Shown: positions 1 through 8,048, numbered from the stretch's first letter. The stretch is DNA of 35,238 bases from Minisyncoccia bacterium (GCA_044356725.1 JBIKVS010000011.1:1-35238), one strand, 5' to 3'. Translations and numbers: made by a program. Notes: generated by a model not told the origin, from the sequence alone.

Positions 1-845
1 GAGCCTCCATTATATTTCTTCAAACTACTAAATGATCCTAATTCTGGTATTAAGTTTATCTCGCTATCTGTTGCTCTCTTTATCTGACTCCAACTTAATC
101 CATAACTCTCAAATACTTCTGGTGACCATATATGTTGCTTTACATTGTTTTGCATCATATATACTTTTGGTCCACTTCCTCTTATTAATAGTCCATCTGG
201 ATAATATTCATTCTCTCCTAATTCATAACTATTTATTACTTCTTGACTTACTGCTATTATTGACTCCCATCTATATCTTGCCTCAAATATTAATGGTGAT
301 GGTACCCATCTCCTTTTTCCTTCTCTTAGTACATAGACTTTCCCATCTGGAGCTAATAATAAACTTCCATTTGGATGTCTATCTCCTATTCTTAATATCT
401 CTCCTACTGGATGTGCTCCTAGTTCTGCATCACTTACTGCTACTATATTACTCCATTTATAACCTTTCTGTACAAATGTACTTGGTGAATCTATCTGTCT
501 CCTTTTACCTTCTGATACTACATATACTACCCCTCTACTGGATATTAATGACCCATCTCTATATGTCATCTCTGCTCCTGTCGGTATACTGTTTATTTCT
601 ACTGGTGTTGTTATTACCAAATCTTCCCACTTGAATTGTGAATTGAACATATTCGGTGATTCTATCGGTCTCTTCTTCCCATTATCTATATAATATACCT
701 TTGGGCTATTTGTTCCTTTTATTAAAAGTCCGTTCGGAAAGTTAACTGAATTAGCCTCTACATTATTTGTATGGATAAATAAAATATATGCTAGCAATAT
801 TATTTTTATGTATTTATTCACACTGATTTTGGTCAAATAATTCAT
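1..845 (-). CDS. Secreted protein with four ~58-aa tandem repeats; runs off the window edge
   Basis: Manual translation from ATG at 845 is open to base 1: MNYLTKISVNKYIKIILLAYILFIHTNNVEA (signal peptide-like), then repeats starting FPNGLLIKG, YRDGSLISS, HPNGSLLLA and YPDGLLIRG. Absent from the ORF track because there is no stop codon in the window. Confidence 0.9.
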   Translation of the reverse strand, partial: MNYLTKISVNKYIKIILLAYILFIHTNNVEANSVNFPNGLLIKGTNSPKVYYIDNGKKRPIESPNMFNSQFKWEDLVITTPVEINSIPTGAEMTYRDGSLISSRGVVYVVSEGKRRQIDSPSTFVQKGYKWSNIVAVSDAELGAHPVGEILRIGDRHPNGSLLLAPDGKVYVLREGKRRWVPSPLIFEARYRWESIIAVSQEVINSYELGENEYYPDGLLIRGSGPKVYMMQNNVKQHIWSPEVFESYGLSWSQIKRATDSEINLIPELGSFSSLKKYNGG

Positions 846-954
846 ATTTTTATTAGCTAAATTTTACATAAGTTAATTATATCATATTTGCAAATATTTT
901 GCTATACTAATAAAGTGTATACATTTTATAAAAATATTATTAAATTATAAAGCA

Positions 955-1578
955 ATGAAATCAATTATAGAAGCTCTAAATTGGCGTTATGCGACTGATA
1001 GATTCGTCTCTAACCAAATCCCAGAACAAACTTTACATACAATTCTAGAGGCTGCTAGACTAGCTCCTTCTTCTATGAATTTTCAACCTTGGAAATATAT
1101 CTCTGTAGAATCACCAGAACTGAGAAAGCAAATTTTTGAAGCTGGATACAACCAACAGGCTATTATTGAAGCCCCCACTCTTTTAGTCTTGAATATTCCT
1201 AATATATTAACATCAGCCAATGTGGATAATATTATTGAAGCTACAGCTGAAGCTCGAGACACTGAAGTCTCTTCATTATCTGGATATAGAAAAATGCTAC
1301 AAGGATTTGTAGATAAGACTGAGCCTGATAAATTCTTTGATTGGAGTCGTAGGCAAGCCTATATTTCACTTGGGGTATTATTACTCACTGCCGCTCAATT
1401 GGAAGTAGACACTGCTCCTATGGAAGGTTTTGAACCTGAGAAAGTCAATCAGATATTAGGCTTAACTGATTATAGTGCTGTCACCTTGATTGCCTTAGGG
1501 TACCGTAGCGCTAAAGACACTCACCAAACTTGGCCAAAAGTTAGATTTAAAATGGAAGAAATTTTGGATGTGAGGTAA
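955..1578 (+). CDS. NAD(P)H-dependent nitroreductase (NfsB-like)
   Basis: WRYATDRF, ARLAPSSMNFQPW, DTAPMEGF, ALGYRS and PKVR motifs. Confidence 0.93.
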   Translation: MKSIIEALNWRYATDRFVSNQIPEQTLHTILEAARLAPSSMNFQPWKYISVESPELRKQIFEAGYNQQAIIEAPTLLVLNIPNILTSANVDNIIEATAEARDTEVSSLSGYRKMLQGFVDKTEPDKFFDWSRRQAYISLGVLLLTAAQLEVDTAPMEGFEPEKVNQILGLTDYSAVTLIALGYRSAKDTHQTWPKVRFKMEEILDVR

Positions 1579-1628
1579 AGATAACCTTCAGCCATACCTA
1601 CCTCAAAATATATTTATACTATATAAGT

Positions 1629-1657
1629 TTGCAAAATATAAAATTTTTAGATATAAT
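1629..1657 (+). promoter_or_regulatory. Sigma70-type promoter for tRNA-Ser
   Basis: TTGCAA-17 nt-TATAAT, 27 nt before the tRNA. Confidence 0.6.
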
Positions 1658-1684
1658 ATAAAAGTTGTTTAACATCAATTTTTT

Positions 1685-1775
1685 GGAGAGGTGGCTGAGC
1701 TGGTCGAAAGCACCACACTGCTAACGTGGCATAGGGTGAAACCTATCAAGGGTTCGAATCCCTTCCTCTCCGCCA
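1685..1775 (+). tRNA. tRNA-Ser(GCT)
   Basis: Acceptor stem GGAGAGG/CCTCTCC, discriminator G plus CCA, anticodon loop CT-GCT-AA, long variable arm ATAGG..CCTAT, T arm AAGGG-TTCGAAT-CCCTT. Confidence 0.95.
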
Positions 1776-1781
1776 TATACT

Positions 1782-1813
1782 AAAAAACGGAGTTTATTAT
1801 AGCTCCGGTCTTT
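1782..1813. terminator. Likely bidirectional terminator between tRNA-Ser and the DUF805 gene
   Basis: A-tract, CGGAGTT-loop-AGCTCCG hairpin, then a T-rich tail. Confidence 0.55.
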
Positions 1814-1821
1814 ATTATAAA

Positions 1822-2310
1822 TTACACTTGAATCCCTTTTGGATTTGGTCCATATTTATTATCTCCTGGAGTGCTATCTAGAATATTTAGTATCAATAAC
1901 CATATCCAACCAATAATTATTACAAAATTCAATAGCATATACCAACCACTTTTACTTACATCATGTAGTCTTCTGATTTGAATTGCTAAGGTTGGAATCA
2001 AGGAGGCAAAGAAATAAATTAAACCAAATGGAGTATTTAACAAACCATCTAATATACCTAATAAAAATGACACTCCTATAGTAATCAAATAAAACCACCA
2101 ATACTCTGCCCTAGTAGCTCTACCGCTAAATTGAGAGTATTTTTGAAAGGCTCTAACATAATAGTCAATAGGAGACATCTCTGGCAATACTTCAGCTGAA
2201 CCTGTACTAGATTGTGATTGTTTTGGTGGATTATATATTTCGGATATCTCTTGTAGTTTTTGTGCAGTTTGTTCAGTATTTTGATTTGGATTTAGATTTT
2301 CATCTGACAT
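1822..2310 (-). CDS. DUF805 (YhaH-like) membrane protein
   Basis: FSGRATRAEYWWF, IRRLHDVSKSGW and GDNKYGPNP signatures. Confidence 0.93.
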   Translation of the reverse strand: MSDENLNPNQNTEQTAQKLQEISEIYNPPKQSQSSTGSAEVLPEMSPIDYYVRAFQKYSQFSGRATRAEYWWFYLITIGVSFLLGILDGLLNTPFGLIYFFASLIPTLAIQIRRLHDVSKSGWYMLLNFVIIIGWIWLLILNILDSTPGDNKYGPNPKGIQV

Positions 2311-2456
2311 ATTTATAATTTATTAATAATGTATTTATATTATAATACTTTTAGTAATTTTTAACAAATGGTTTTATAAATTTAAAATACTCTTACTAAA
2401 AAACTAATTTTATGGCATAATGTAAATAATCTATATAATACTTGACTTTATCACTT

Positions 2457-3083
2457 ATGAAAAAAGATATCCACATTCGGGCAAAATTAGAAAAGATTAT
2501 TGCTGAATTACCGCAAGATAAATTAACTTTAGCCGAAATTAGATCTCATTTAGGTAGAGACGGGATGTTGTTGTTAGTAATTTTATTAACTGTAGTCTTT
2601 TTAATACCTGTCTCTATCCCTGGAGTTAGTACTATTTTTGGTGGTACAATTTTATTAATTGGAGTTAGTATTTTATTTGGTTGGGATGTTTGGTTACCTA
2701 AGACTTTTCTCAAAAAAGAATTGCCCGCTAAGTCTCTCAAAAAAGCTTTTAATACTGGTCTAAAGTGGTTAGTTCGCTTAGAAAAAATTAGTAAACCTAA
2801 TAGACTCACTTGGCTTACTAAGGGAGATGTAGCTCATATTATTAATGGACTATCTATAATATTAGCTGCTATTCTACTTATGGCTCCTTTTGGATTTATA
2901 CCATTTAGCAATACCTTCCCTGCTATTGCACTGTTATTCTATACTATTGGGCTATTACAAAAAGATGGAATCAGTATACTCTGGGGACATATATTCAATA
3001 TAATTACTATTATATATTTTGTTATCCTAATCTCTGGTGGGTGGATTGTAATATTAGAGTTAATAAAGTATTTAAATAATTAA
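2457..3083 (+). CDS. exoD: ExoD-family membrane protein
   Basis: IPVSIPGVST, WLP, LMAPFGFIPFSNTFPA and GLLQKDG motifs. ATG at 2457 preferred over the upstream TTG. Confidence 0.85.
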   Translation: MKKDIHIRAKLEKIIAELPQDKLTLAEIRSHLGRDGMLLLVILLTVVFLIPVSIPGVSTIFGGTILLIGVSILFGWDVWLPKTFLKKELPAKSLKKAFNTGLKWLVRLEKISKPNRLTWLTKGDVAHIINGLSIILAAILLMAPFGFIPFSNTFPAIALLFYTIGLLQKDGISILWGHIFNIITIIYFVILISGGWIVILELIKYLNN

Positions 3084-3088
3084 ATTTT

Positions 3089-3274
3089 ATGGAAAAAGAT
3101 AACTCAAAAATAATTAAAGGAACCTTTACAATCCGTAATGATATATATTGTCCAAATTGTAGATTAAAGCATATAGATAGAGATGATTGGTCAAAAAGAT
3201 TACATAAAAAACATTTATGTGAAGGTTGCGGAAATATATGGTAGCCATACGATGAATATACATTTGGTATATAG
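3089..3274 (+). pseudogene. Small Cys/His zinc-finger ORF with an internal TAG at 3242-3244 (51 aa to the first stop, 61 aa if read through)
   Basis: Manual translation MEKDNSKIIKGTFTIRNDIYCPNCRLKHIDRDDWSKRLHKKHLCEGCGNIW*PYDEYTFGI*. Starts 5 nt after the exoD stop; has two CxxC pairs. Confidence 0.65.
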
Positions 3275-3297
3275 TTTTAGAACTAATATTATAATTT

Positions 3298-3336
3298 TTG
3301 ACATATATTGACAAATTATATAAAAGTGTTTAAAGT
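3298..3336 (+). promoter_or_regulatory. Promoter with tandem TTGACA boxes
   Basis: TTGACA-TATA-TTGACA-17 nt-TAAAGT. Confidence 0.5.
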
Positions 3337-3438
3337 TATGCTAAGATATTAATGTACCCTCGTTTTGATGTATGTTTATACATCAAAGCTTTCACCTACA
3401 AACCTGTTAAGACCTATGTAAATCCCCCCCTTAGTACC

Positions 3439-3654
3439 ATGGAACCCCGTACTTTAGAACAGGAGGCTATTGTTAAATTTTTAGGTAGTAGCAGAAGTCA
3501 AGAAGAGTGGGATAATAGAGTTGAAACATTACTTACTATCCACTTCCAAAGTAAAATACCCCCATTTTGGATAGATCTGGTAATCAAATCTAATTTGTAC
3601 TTTAGAACTAAACAAAAATGGGTTTACCGCAAACTCAACTCGTCCAGAAAATAA
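3439..3654 (+). CDS. Small hypothetical protein (71 aa from ATG 3439)
   Basis: MEPRTLEQEAIVKFLGSSRSQEEWDNRV..PPFWIDLVIKSNL; has its own promoter and terminator. Start could be 3352. Confidence 0.6.
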   Translation: MEPRTLEQEAIVKFLGSSRSQEEWDNRVETLLTIHFQSKIPPFWIDLVIKSNLYFRTKQKWVYRKLNSSRK

Positions 3655-3680
3655 ATCTGGGCTTACCATCTCAAACGCAG

Positions 3681-3710
3681 GTCTCCTGCTACTATTGGTA
3701 GGAGACTTTT
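3681..3710 (+). terminator. Intrinsic terminator between convergent genes
   Basis: GTCTCCTGCTA-CTAT-TGGTAGGAGAC followed by TTTT. Confidence 0.7.
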
Positions 3711-5191
3711 CATTCTAAATTATCTAGATATTCTTGAGCAATTTTATTATAATTTTGCTTTTTAGCATCTGGCATTTTATTATACTGCACTCCGATAAAG
3801 CCTAATCTACCTTCTTTTTGTAATTTATCAAAATGTTTACCTACAAAATTCCAAAATAAAGCGTCCAAAATAGGACTCCAATCCCCTTTTTTAAAATCAC
3901 TCATTTTAAGAATATAGTTAGACGAGGCAATATAAGGCTTGGTGGTAAGTAGTCCCCCATCAGCATATAAAGTCATACTATATACATTAGGCACCATTAC
4001 CCAATCATAGGCATCTATATACATTTCCACAAACCATTCATAGACTTCATCAGGCTCAATTTGGCATAAATTGAGATAATTCCCAAATAGCATAAGTCTA
4101 GGAATATGATGGGTATAAGCATATTTTTCGAGAGTCTGTATATGATAATCTATTGGATCTATACCAGTCTTAGCTGTCCACATAGCTTTTGGTATCTGTC
4201 TTATAGAGTCAAAATAATTGCTAGTCCTAATTTTCTTTCCTTCTAATATATATAAAGCTCTAATATACTCTCTCCAGCCAATAATCTGCCTTATGAAACC
4301 TTCCACTGAGGCCATAGAGACTTCATTCTTAGCTATAAATTCTAAAGTTTCTTGTATAACATAATCAGGAGTTAGTAAACCATTATTGAGTAATGGAGAT
4401 ATAGTGCTATGGAATACCGAGTCAGATTGAATAGTAATAGCATCCTCATAGGGACCGAATAATTCTAGTCTGTTCTGTAAAAAGTTTTGAAAATACTGCT
4501 TTGCCCCTTCAAAATCTATAGGACACCAAAAAGTATCAACTTTCCCAAAATTATCTGGGAAATGTTTTTCCACATATTCTCTAGCTTCTCTAATGTATTG
4601 ATTTTCTTGAGTCTCAAAGGTATTAGGTATAAATATATCCTTTGGCAACTTTTTCCTATTCTCAGTATCAAAACTCCATTTACCACCAAGAGGTTTATTA
4701 TCTGTATCCACTAGAATATTGAGCCTTTTTCTCTGCCAAATATAAAAGTCATTCATCCAATATTTACGAGATCCGGATCTATTCTCAAAAAACTCTGTAA
4801 ACTCACTGACTGAAGTTAGAAACATTGGGCTATTATGAATAGTCAACTGTATTGAGACTTCCTTTAATGATTGATTTAGTCGCTTTAATAGCCAATCATC
4901 TACTACATCATAAATCTCTACTGCTTGAATTTGATACTGTTGCAGTATATCAACTATAGACTCAGTATTAAATAATTGATGAAATTCTAAATATTCTACC
5001 TTAATCTGATTTTGCTCCAGATATTGTTTATACTTCTGCATACTAGCCCTGTGTAGGACCAGCTTTTGTTTATGAAATTTAAGTTCACTAAAGTACAATG
5101 GCTCTTCTATTAAACAGACTATATCACTAGTCTTGAGCCTTGTAATATCTTCAAAGAGTTGATGTGGATAAATCAAAAATACTTTTTTCAT
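3710..5191 (-). CDS. Bacterial cryptochrome/(6-4) photolyase, PhrB/CryPro family, lacking FeS cysteines
   Basis: PHQLF, HKQKLVLHRASM, GGKWSFDTENRK, EGFIRQIIGWREY, HHIPRLM, DAYDWVMVPNV and KPYIASSNYILKMSD motifs. Confidence 0.93.
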   Translation of the reverse strand: MKKVFLIYPHQLFEDITRLKTSDIVCLIEEPLYFSELKFHKQKLVLHRASMQKYKQYLEQNQIKVEYLEFHQLFNTESIVDILQQYQIQAVEIYDVVDDWLLKRLNQSLKEVSIQLTIHNSPMFLTSVSEFTEFFENRSGSRKYWMNDFYIWQRKRLNILVDTDNKPLGGKWSFDTENRKKLPKDIFIPNTFETQENQYIREAREYVEKHFPDNFGKVDTFWCPIDFEGAKQYFQNFLQNRLELFGPYEDAITIQSDSVFHSTISPLLNNGLLTPDYVIQETLEFIAKNEVSMASVEGFIRQIIGWREYIRALYILEGKKIRTSNYFDSIRQIPKAMWTAKTGIDPIDYHIQTLEKYAYTHHIPRLMLFGNYLNLCQIEPDEVYEWFVEMYIDAYDWVMVPNVYSMTLYADGGLLTTKPYIASSNYILKMSDFKKGDWSPILDALFWNFVGKHFDKLQKEGRLGFIGVQYNKMPDAKKQNYNKIAQEYLDNLE

Positions 5192-5198
5192 ATTTTAT

Positions 5199-5207
5199 AT
5201 TATAGCA
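5199..5207 (-). promoter_or_regulatory. Extended -10 promoter, near-leaderless photolyase mRNA
   Basis: TGC-TATAAT 7 nt upstream of the ATG. Confidence 0.55.
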
Positions 5208-5211
5208 TACC

Positions 5212-5436
5212 TGAAAAAGATGAGAAACATAATATAAAATATTTTAAGGTTAAACTTTATTTTGTCCTCCTTTGGAGGGAGTACCCGTAGGGGGAGGGAG
5301 GACTATACTTGAAACACTAAAATAACCTCTTATTTATAATAAGATTAAACCGAAGTCCTCCTCCGCCCTTGCGGGCACCTCCTCCAAAGGAGGACAGTTA
5401 CTTATTCAACTATGTTTATCCTTTTAATTATTTGAT
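5212..5436. repeat. Dispersed REP-doublet/MITE-like element, copy 1
   Basis: Inverted GC-rich ~41-bp units at 5263-5303 and 5355-5396, both beginning TGTCCTCCTTTGGAGG, around an AT-rich spacer. Aligns with the reverse complement of 13434-13764. Confidence 0.85.
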
Positions 5437-5483
5437 TTTTTCCTGAATGTGTTATAATAAAATAAATTAATTAATAAATTTAT

Positions 5484-5975
5484 ATGTCCTCCTACCTTAA
5501 ACAAGCTACTCTAGTCTTTCTCATAAAAAAATCTGGCTTTGAGACTAAGGAGATATGTCTTGCTATGAAGAAGAGAGGTTTTGGTGCAAATAGATGGAAT
5601 GGAGTTGGTGGTAAGGTGGAAGTTGGAGAGACTATTGAGCAATCCGCAATAAGAGAAGCTGAAGAAGAGATATCAGTCAAAATAAAAGATTTTTATAAAG
5701 TAGCTGAATTAACTTTTTATTTTAGTGAAAATCCTGATTTGAATCAAACTGTATATGTATATTTAGCTGAGAGTTGGGAAGGTGAGCCAATTGAAAGTGA
5801 GGAAATGTACCCTCAATGGTATCAGGTAGATAAAATTCCTTATGATACTATGTGGCCAGATGACATATTTTGGTTACCTAAAGTAATACAAGGTAGTAAA
5901 CTTAAAGCTAGTTTTACCTTAGGTGTAGATGATATTATATTAAATCAGAATATTAAAGTAGTAGACAAATTATAA
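5484..5975 (+). CDS. Nudix hydrolase, MTH1/NUDT1-like 8-oxo-dGTPase
   Basis: KKRGFGANRWNGVGGKVE, Nudix box G-x5-E-x7-REAEEE, ESEEM and MWPDD motifs. Confidence 0.9.
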   Translation: MSSYLKQATLVFLIKKSGFETKEICLAMKKRGFGANRWNGVGGKVEVGETIEQSAIREAEEEISVKIKDFYKVAELTFYFSENPDLNQTVYVYLAESWEGEPIESEEMYPQWYQVDKIPYDTMWPDDIFWLPKVIQGSKLKASFTLGVDDIILNQNIKVVDKL

Positions 5976-5984
5976 TATTTAAGT

Positions 5985-7001
5985 TTATATATCTAGATTA
6001 CCATTAACCTCCTGAGGTCTATTCTTGATATTATATATTATATCTAGACAAGCTACTACTCCGATCATAATAGCATTATCTGTGGATAAAATTTTATTTG
6101 GCACTAAGAGTTCAACTTGATTTTGATTAGAATATTCTTCAAAAGCTTGTCTTAATTTTAGATTTGCAGTAACTCCTCCTCCTATTACTACTTGTCTTAC
6201 ATTATAGGTATTTACCGCCCAGTTTAATTTAGTCACTAGTACATCAATGACAGCTTGTTCAAAACTAGCACAAATATCAGCTGTATCTTGCTCAGTTTGA
6301 GGTGGATGATCTTTGATATAATATAGTACTGCAGTCTTGAGCCCAGAAAACGACATTCTTCCATCTCCAGATTTAAACATTGGTCTTGGGAAATTAATTG
6401 CTTCTTTATCCCCACTCTCAGCTAATTTAGAAACTTTTGGTCCCCCTGGATAAGGTAAATTTAACATTTTAGCTACTTTATCAAAAGCCTCTCCCGCAGC
6501 ATCATCTTGGGTTATACCTATAATTTCATAATCATTATAATCTTTTACCAAGACCAATTCGGTATGCCCCCCAGAGATAGTGTAGGCAATGAAGGGATAT
6601 TTTGTAGGTACACTCCCCTCTAGCTGGTCATTCAAAATACCAGAGAACATATGTCCGTGCATATGATTAACTGGAATTAAAGGAACCCCCAAAGTCTCAG
6701 CCAAAAGTTTAGCCAAATTCACCCCCACATACAAAGATGGCTCCAATCCAGGGCCTACGGTCACGGCAATAGCATCAATGTCCCTACCATTACGATGAAT
6801 AAATTCCTGCAACATAACTGGGAGTTTTTTATTATGCAGTCTAGCGGCTAAGGCTGGTACTACACCACCATACTGACTATGCTCATCAATTTGTGAATAT
6901 ACAATATGATCCAGTACTTTAAAACTATTAGATTTTGTATCTAAATTTAATAGAGCCAAAGCGGTTTCATCACAAGATGTTTCAATAGTTAAAATTTTCA
7001 T
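5985..7001 (-). CDS. tsaD: tRNA t6A threonylcarbamoyltransferase TsaD
   Basis: IETSCDET, GGVVP, GPGL, NHMHGH, DDAAGEAFDK, SFSGLKTA and TDNAIMI motifs. Confidence 0.97.
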   Translation of the reverse strand: MKILTIETSCDETALALLNLDTKSNSFKVLDHIVYSQIDEHSQYGGVVPALAARLHNKKLPVMLQEFIHRNGRDIDAIAVTVGPGLEPSLYVGVNLAKLLAETLGVPLIPVNHMHGHMFSGILNDQLEGSVPTKYPFIAYTISGGHTELVLVKDYNDYEIIGITQDDAAGEAFDKVAKMLNLPYPGGPKVSKLAESGDKEAINFPRPMFKSGDGRMSFSGLKTAVLYYIKDHPPQTEQDTADICASFEQAVIDVLVTKLNWAVNTYNVRQVVIGGGVTANLKLRQAFEEYSNQNQVELLVPNKILSTDNAIMIGVVACLDIIYNIKNRPQEVNGNLDI

Positions 7002-7009
7002 ATATGATT

Positions 7010-7038
7010 ATTGTGCCAAATTTTAGTAATTAAGTCAA
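7010..7038 (-). promoter_or_regulatory. Promoter for tsaD, near-leaderless
   Basis: TTGACT-17 nt-CACAAT with an upstream TG, 8 nt before the ATG. Confidence 0.45.
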
Positions 7039-7046
7039 TTAAGAAT

Positions 7047-8048
7047 TTATATTTTAGCTAATAAATGAGCCCAAAATTGTGCTATAGCTTGATAGCTATA
7101 TTTTCTTTGAAATTGTTCTGATGCCAATTCTCTAATTGTAATTCTTTTAGTTTCATTTTTTTGAATTATATCTATACAAGCTGATAATTCACTACTAGAA
7201 TTTGGACTATAGTATAATGCTCCCCTTCCTAATAATTCTTGATAGATGTCATTTCTGGGAGCTATCACTATTGTACCTGATGCCATAGCATTAAAAATTT
7301 GGAATTGAATTGTATCATCCAATTCTCCACTTACAACTATACAATCTAGTAACTCATAAACTATTGGTAGATTTTTAGACACATTTTGAGATAACATAAA
7401 ACTGCCCTGTTTAGTAATTACATCATACCATTCGCAGTTATTATATTCTAGATATCTAATAAACTCATTAGTTAAATCCCCGGCATGTCCACAAACGAAA
7501 GATTTTTGTATTATATTATTTTCATAACTGATTAATCCTATATTTTGTTTTATATCTAGTACTACTTGTGTATCTAAATCTAGAAAATTTTTATAATTAA
7601 TTTGTGGAAATGGAGTGTAGGCAATTTTTTTATTATTATTAACTTTGGCCGCATGATTAGGATAAATTACAAGAGAATAGTCATTATTATCTAATTGTAT
7701 AAAATTTTCTGATGCTTTTATTAGATTTAATATACTATTTTGCTTTAATTTCCAACTAATAAATTTAGGCATCTCTCCAATTTCTATAGTTTTTTCAATT
7801 TTATATTGCTGAACTAAAAGATTAATTGATTTATAATCATTCATCTTAAATAAAGAGCGTGACATTAAGTGTACTTTATCAATATCTACTATGGATCTAG
7901 CTATATCTGCTAAATCTTCATCCCACATAATAAAGTGTATCTCCGATTTTAGATACTGTTGAATTTGAAGGAATAGCTCAAACCAGTGAATTGCCTTTTC
8001 TCTATCACAATCTATCAATACAGCTATATGGTGAACTCTAGATATCAT
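7047..8048 (-). CDS. Divergent GT-B (GT4-like) glycosyltransferase
   Basis: C-terminal AMASGTIVIAP..ELLGRGALYYSP..EL..I pattern; N-terminal half not recognised. Confidence 0.6.
   Translation of the reverse strand: MISRVHHIAVLIDCDREKAIHWFELFLQIQQYLKSEIHFIMWDEDLADIARSIVDIDKVHLMSRSLFKMNDYKSINLLVQQYKIEKTIEIGEMPKFISWKLKQNSILNLIKASENFIQLDNNDYSLVIYPNHAAKVNNNKKIAYTPFPQINYKNFLDLDTQVVLDIKQNIGLISYENNIIQKSFVCGHAGDLTNEFIRYLEYNNCEWYDVITKQGSFMLSQNVSKNLPIVYELLDCIVVSGELDDTIQFQIFNAMASGTIVIAPRNDIYQELLGRGALYYSPNSSSELSACIDIIQKNETKRITIRELASEQFQRKYSYQAIAQFWAHLLAKI

Noticed and set aside
32-634. 200-aa Leu-rich plus-strand ORF
   Set aside because: Antisense shadow of the purine-rich repeat-protein gene on the minus strand.
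1713-1729. A-C mismatch at the base of the tRNA-Ser anticodon stem suggesting a pseudo-tRNA
   Set aside because: All other arms, the CCA end and the promoter are intact; a single mismatch is tolerated.
3126-3314. 62-aa minus-strand ORF
   Set aside because: Opposite the Zn-finger ORF, which has clear motifs and operon spacing.
1761-5368. tRNA-Ser as an integration site with att repeat CCTCTCCGCC versus CCTCCTCCGCC
   Set aside because: The match is short and gapped, lies within the REP unit, and there is no integrase.
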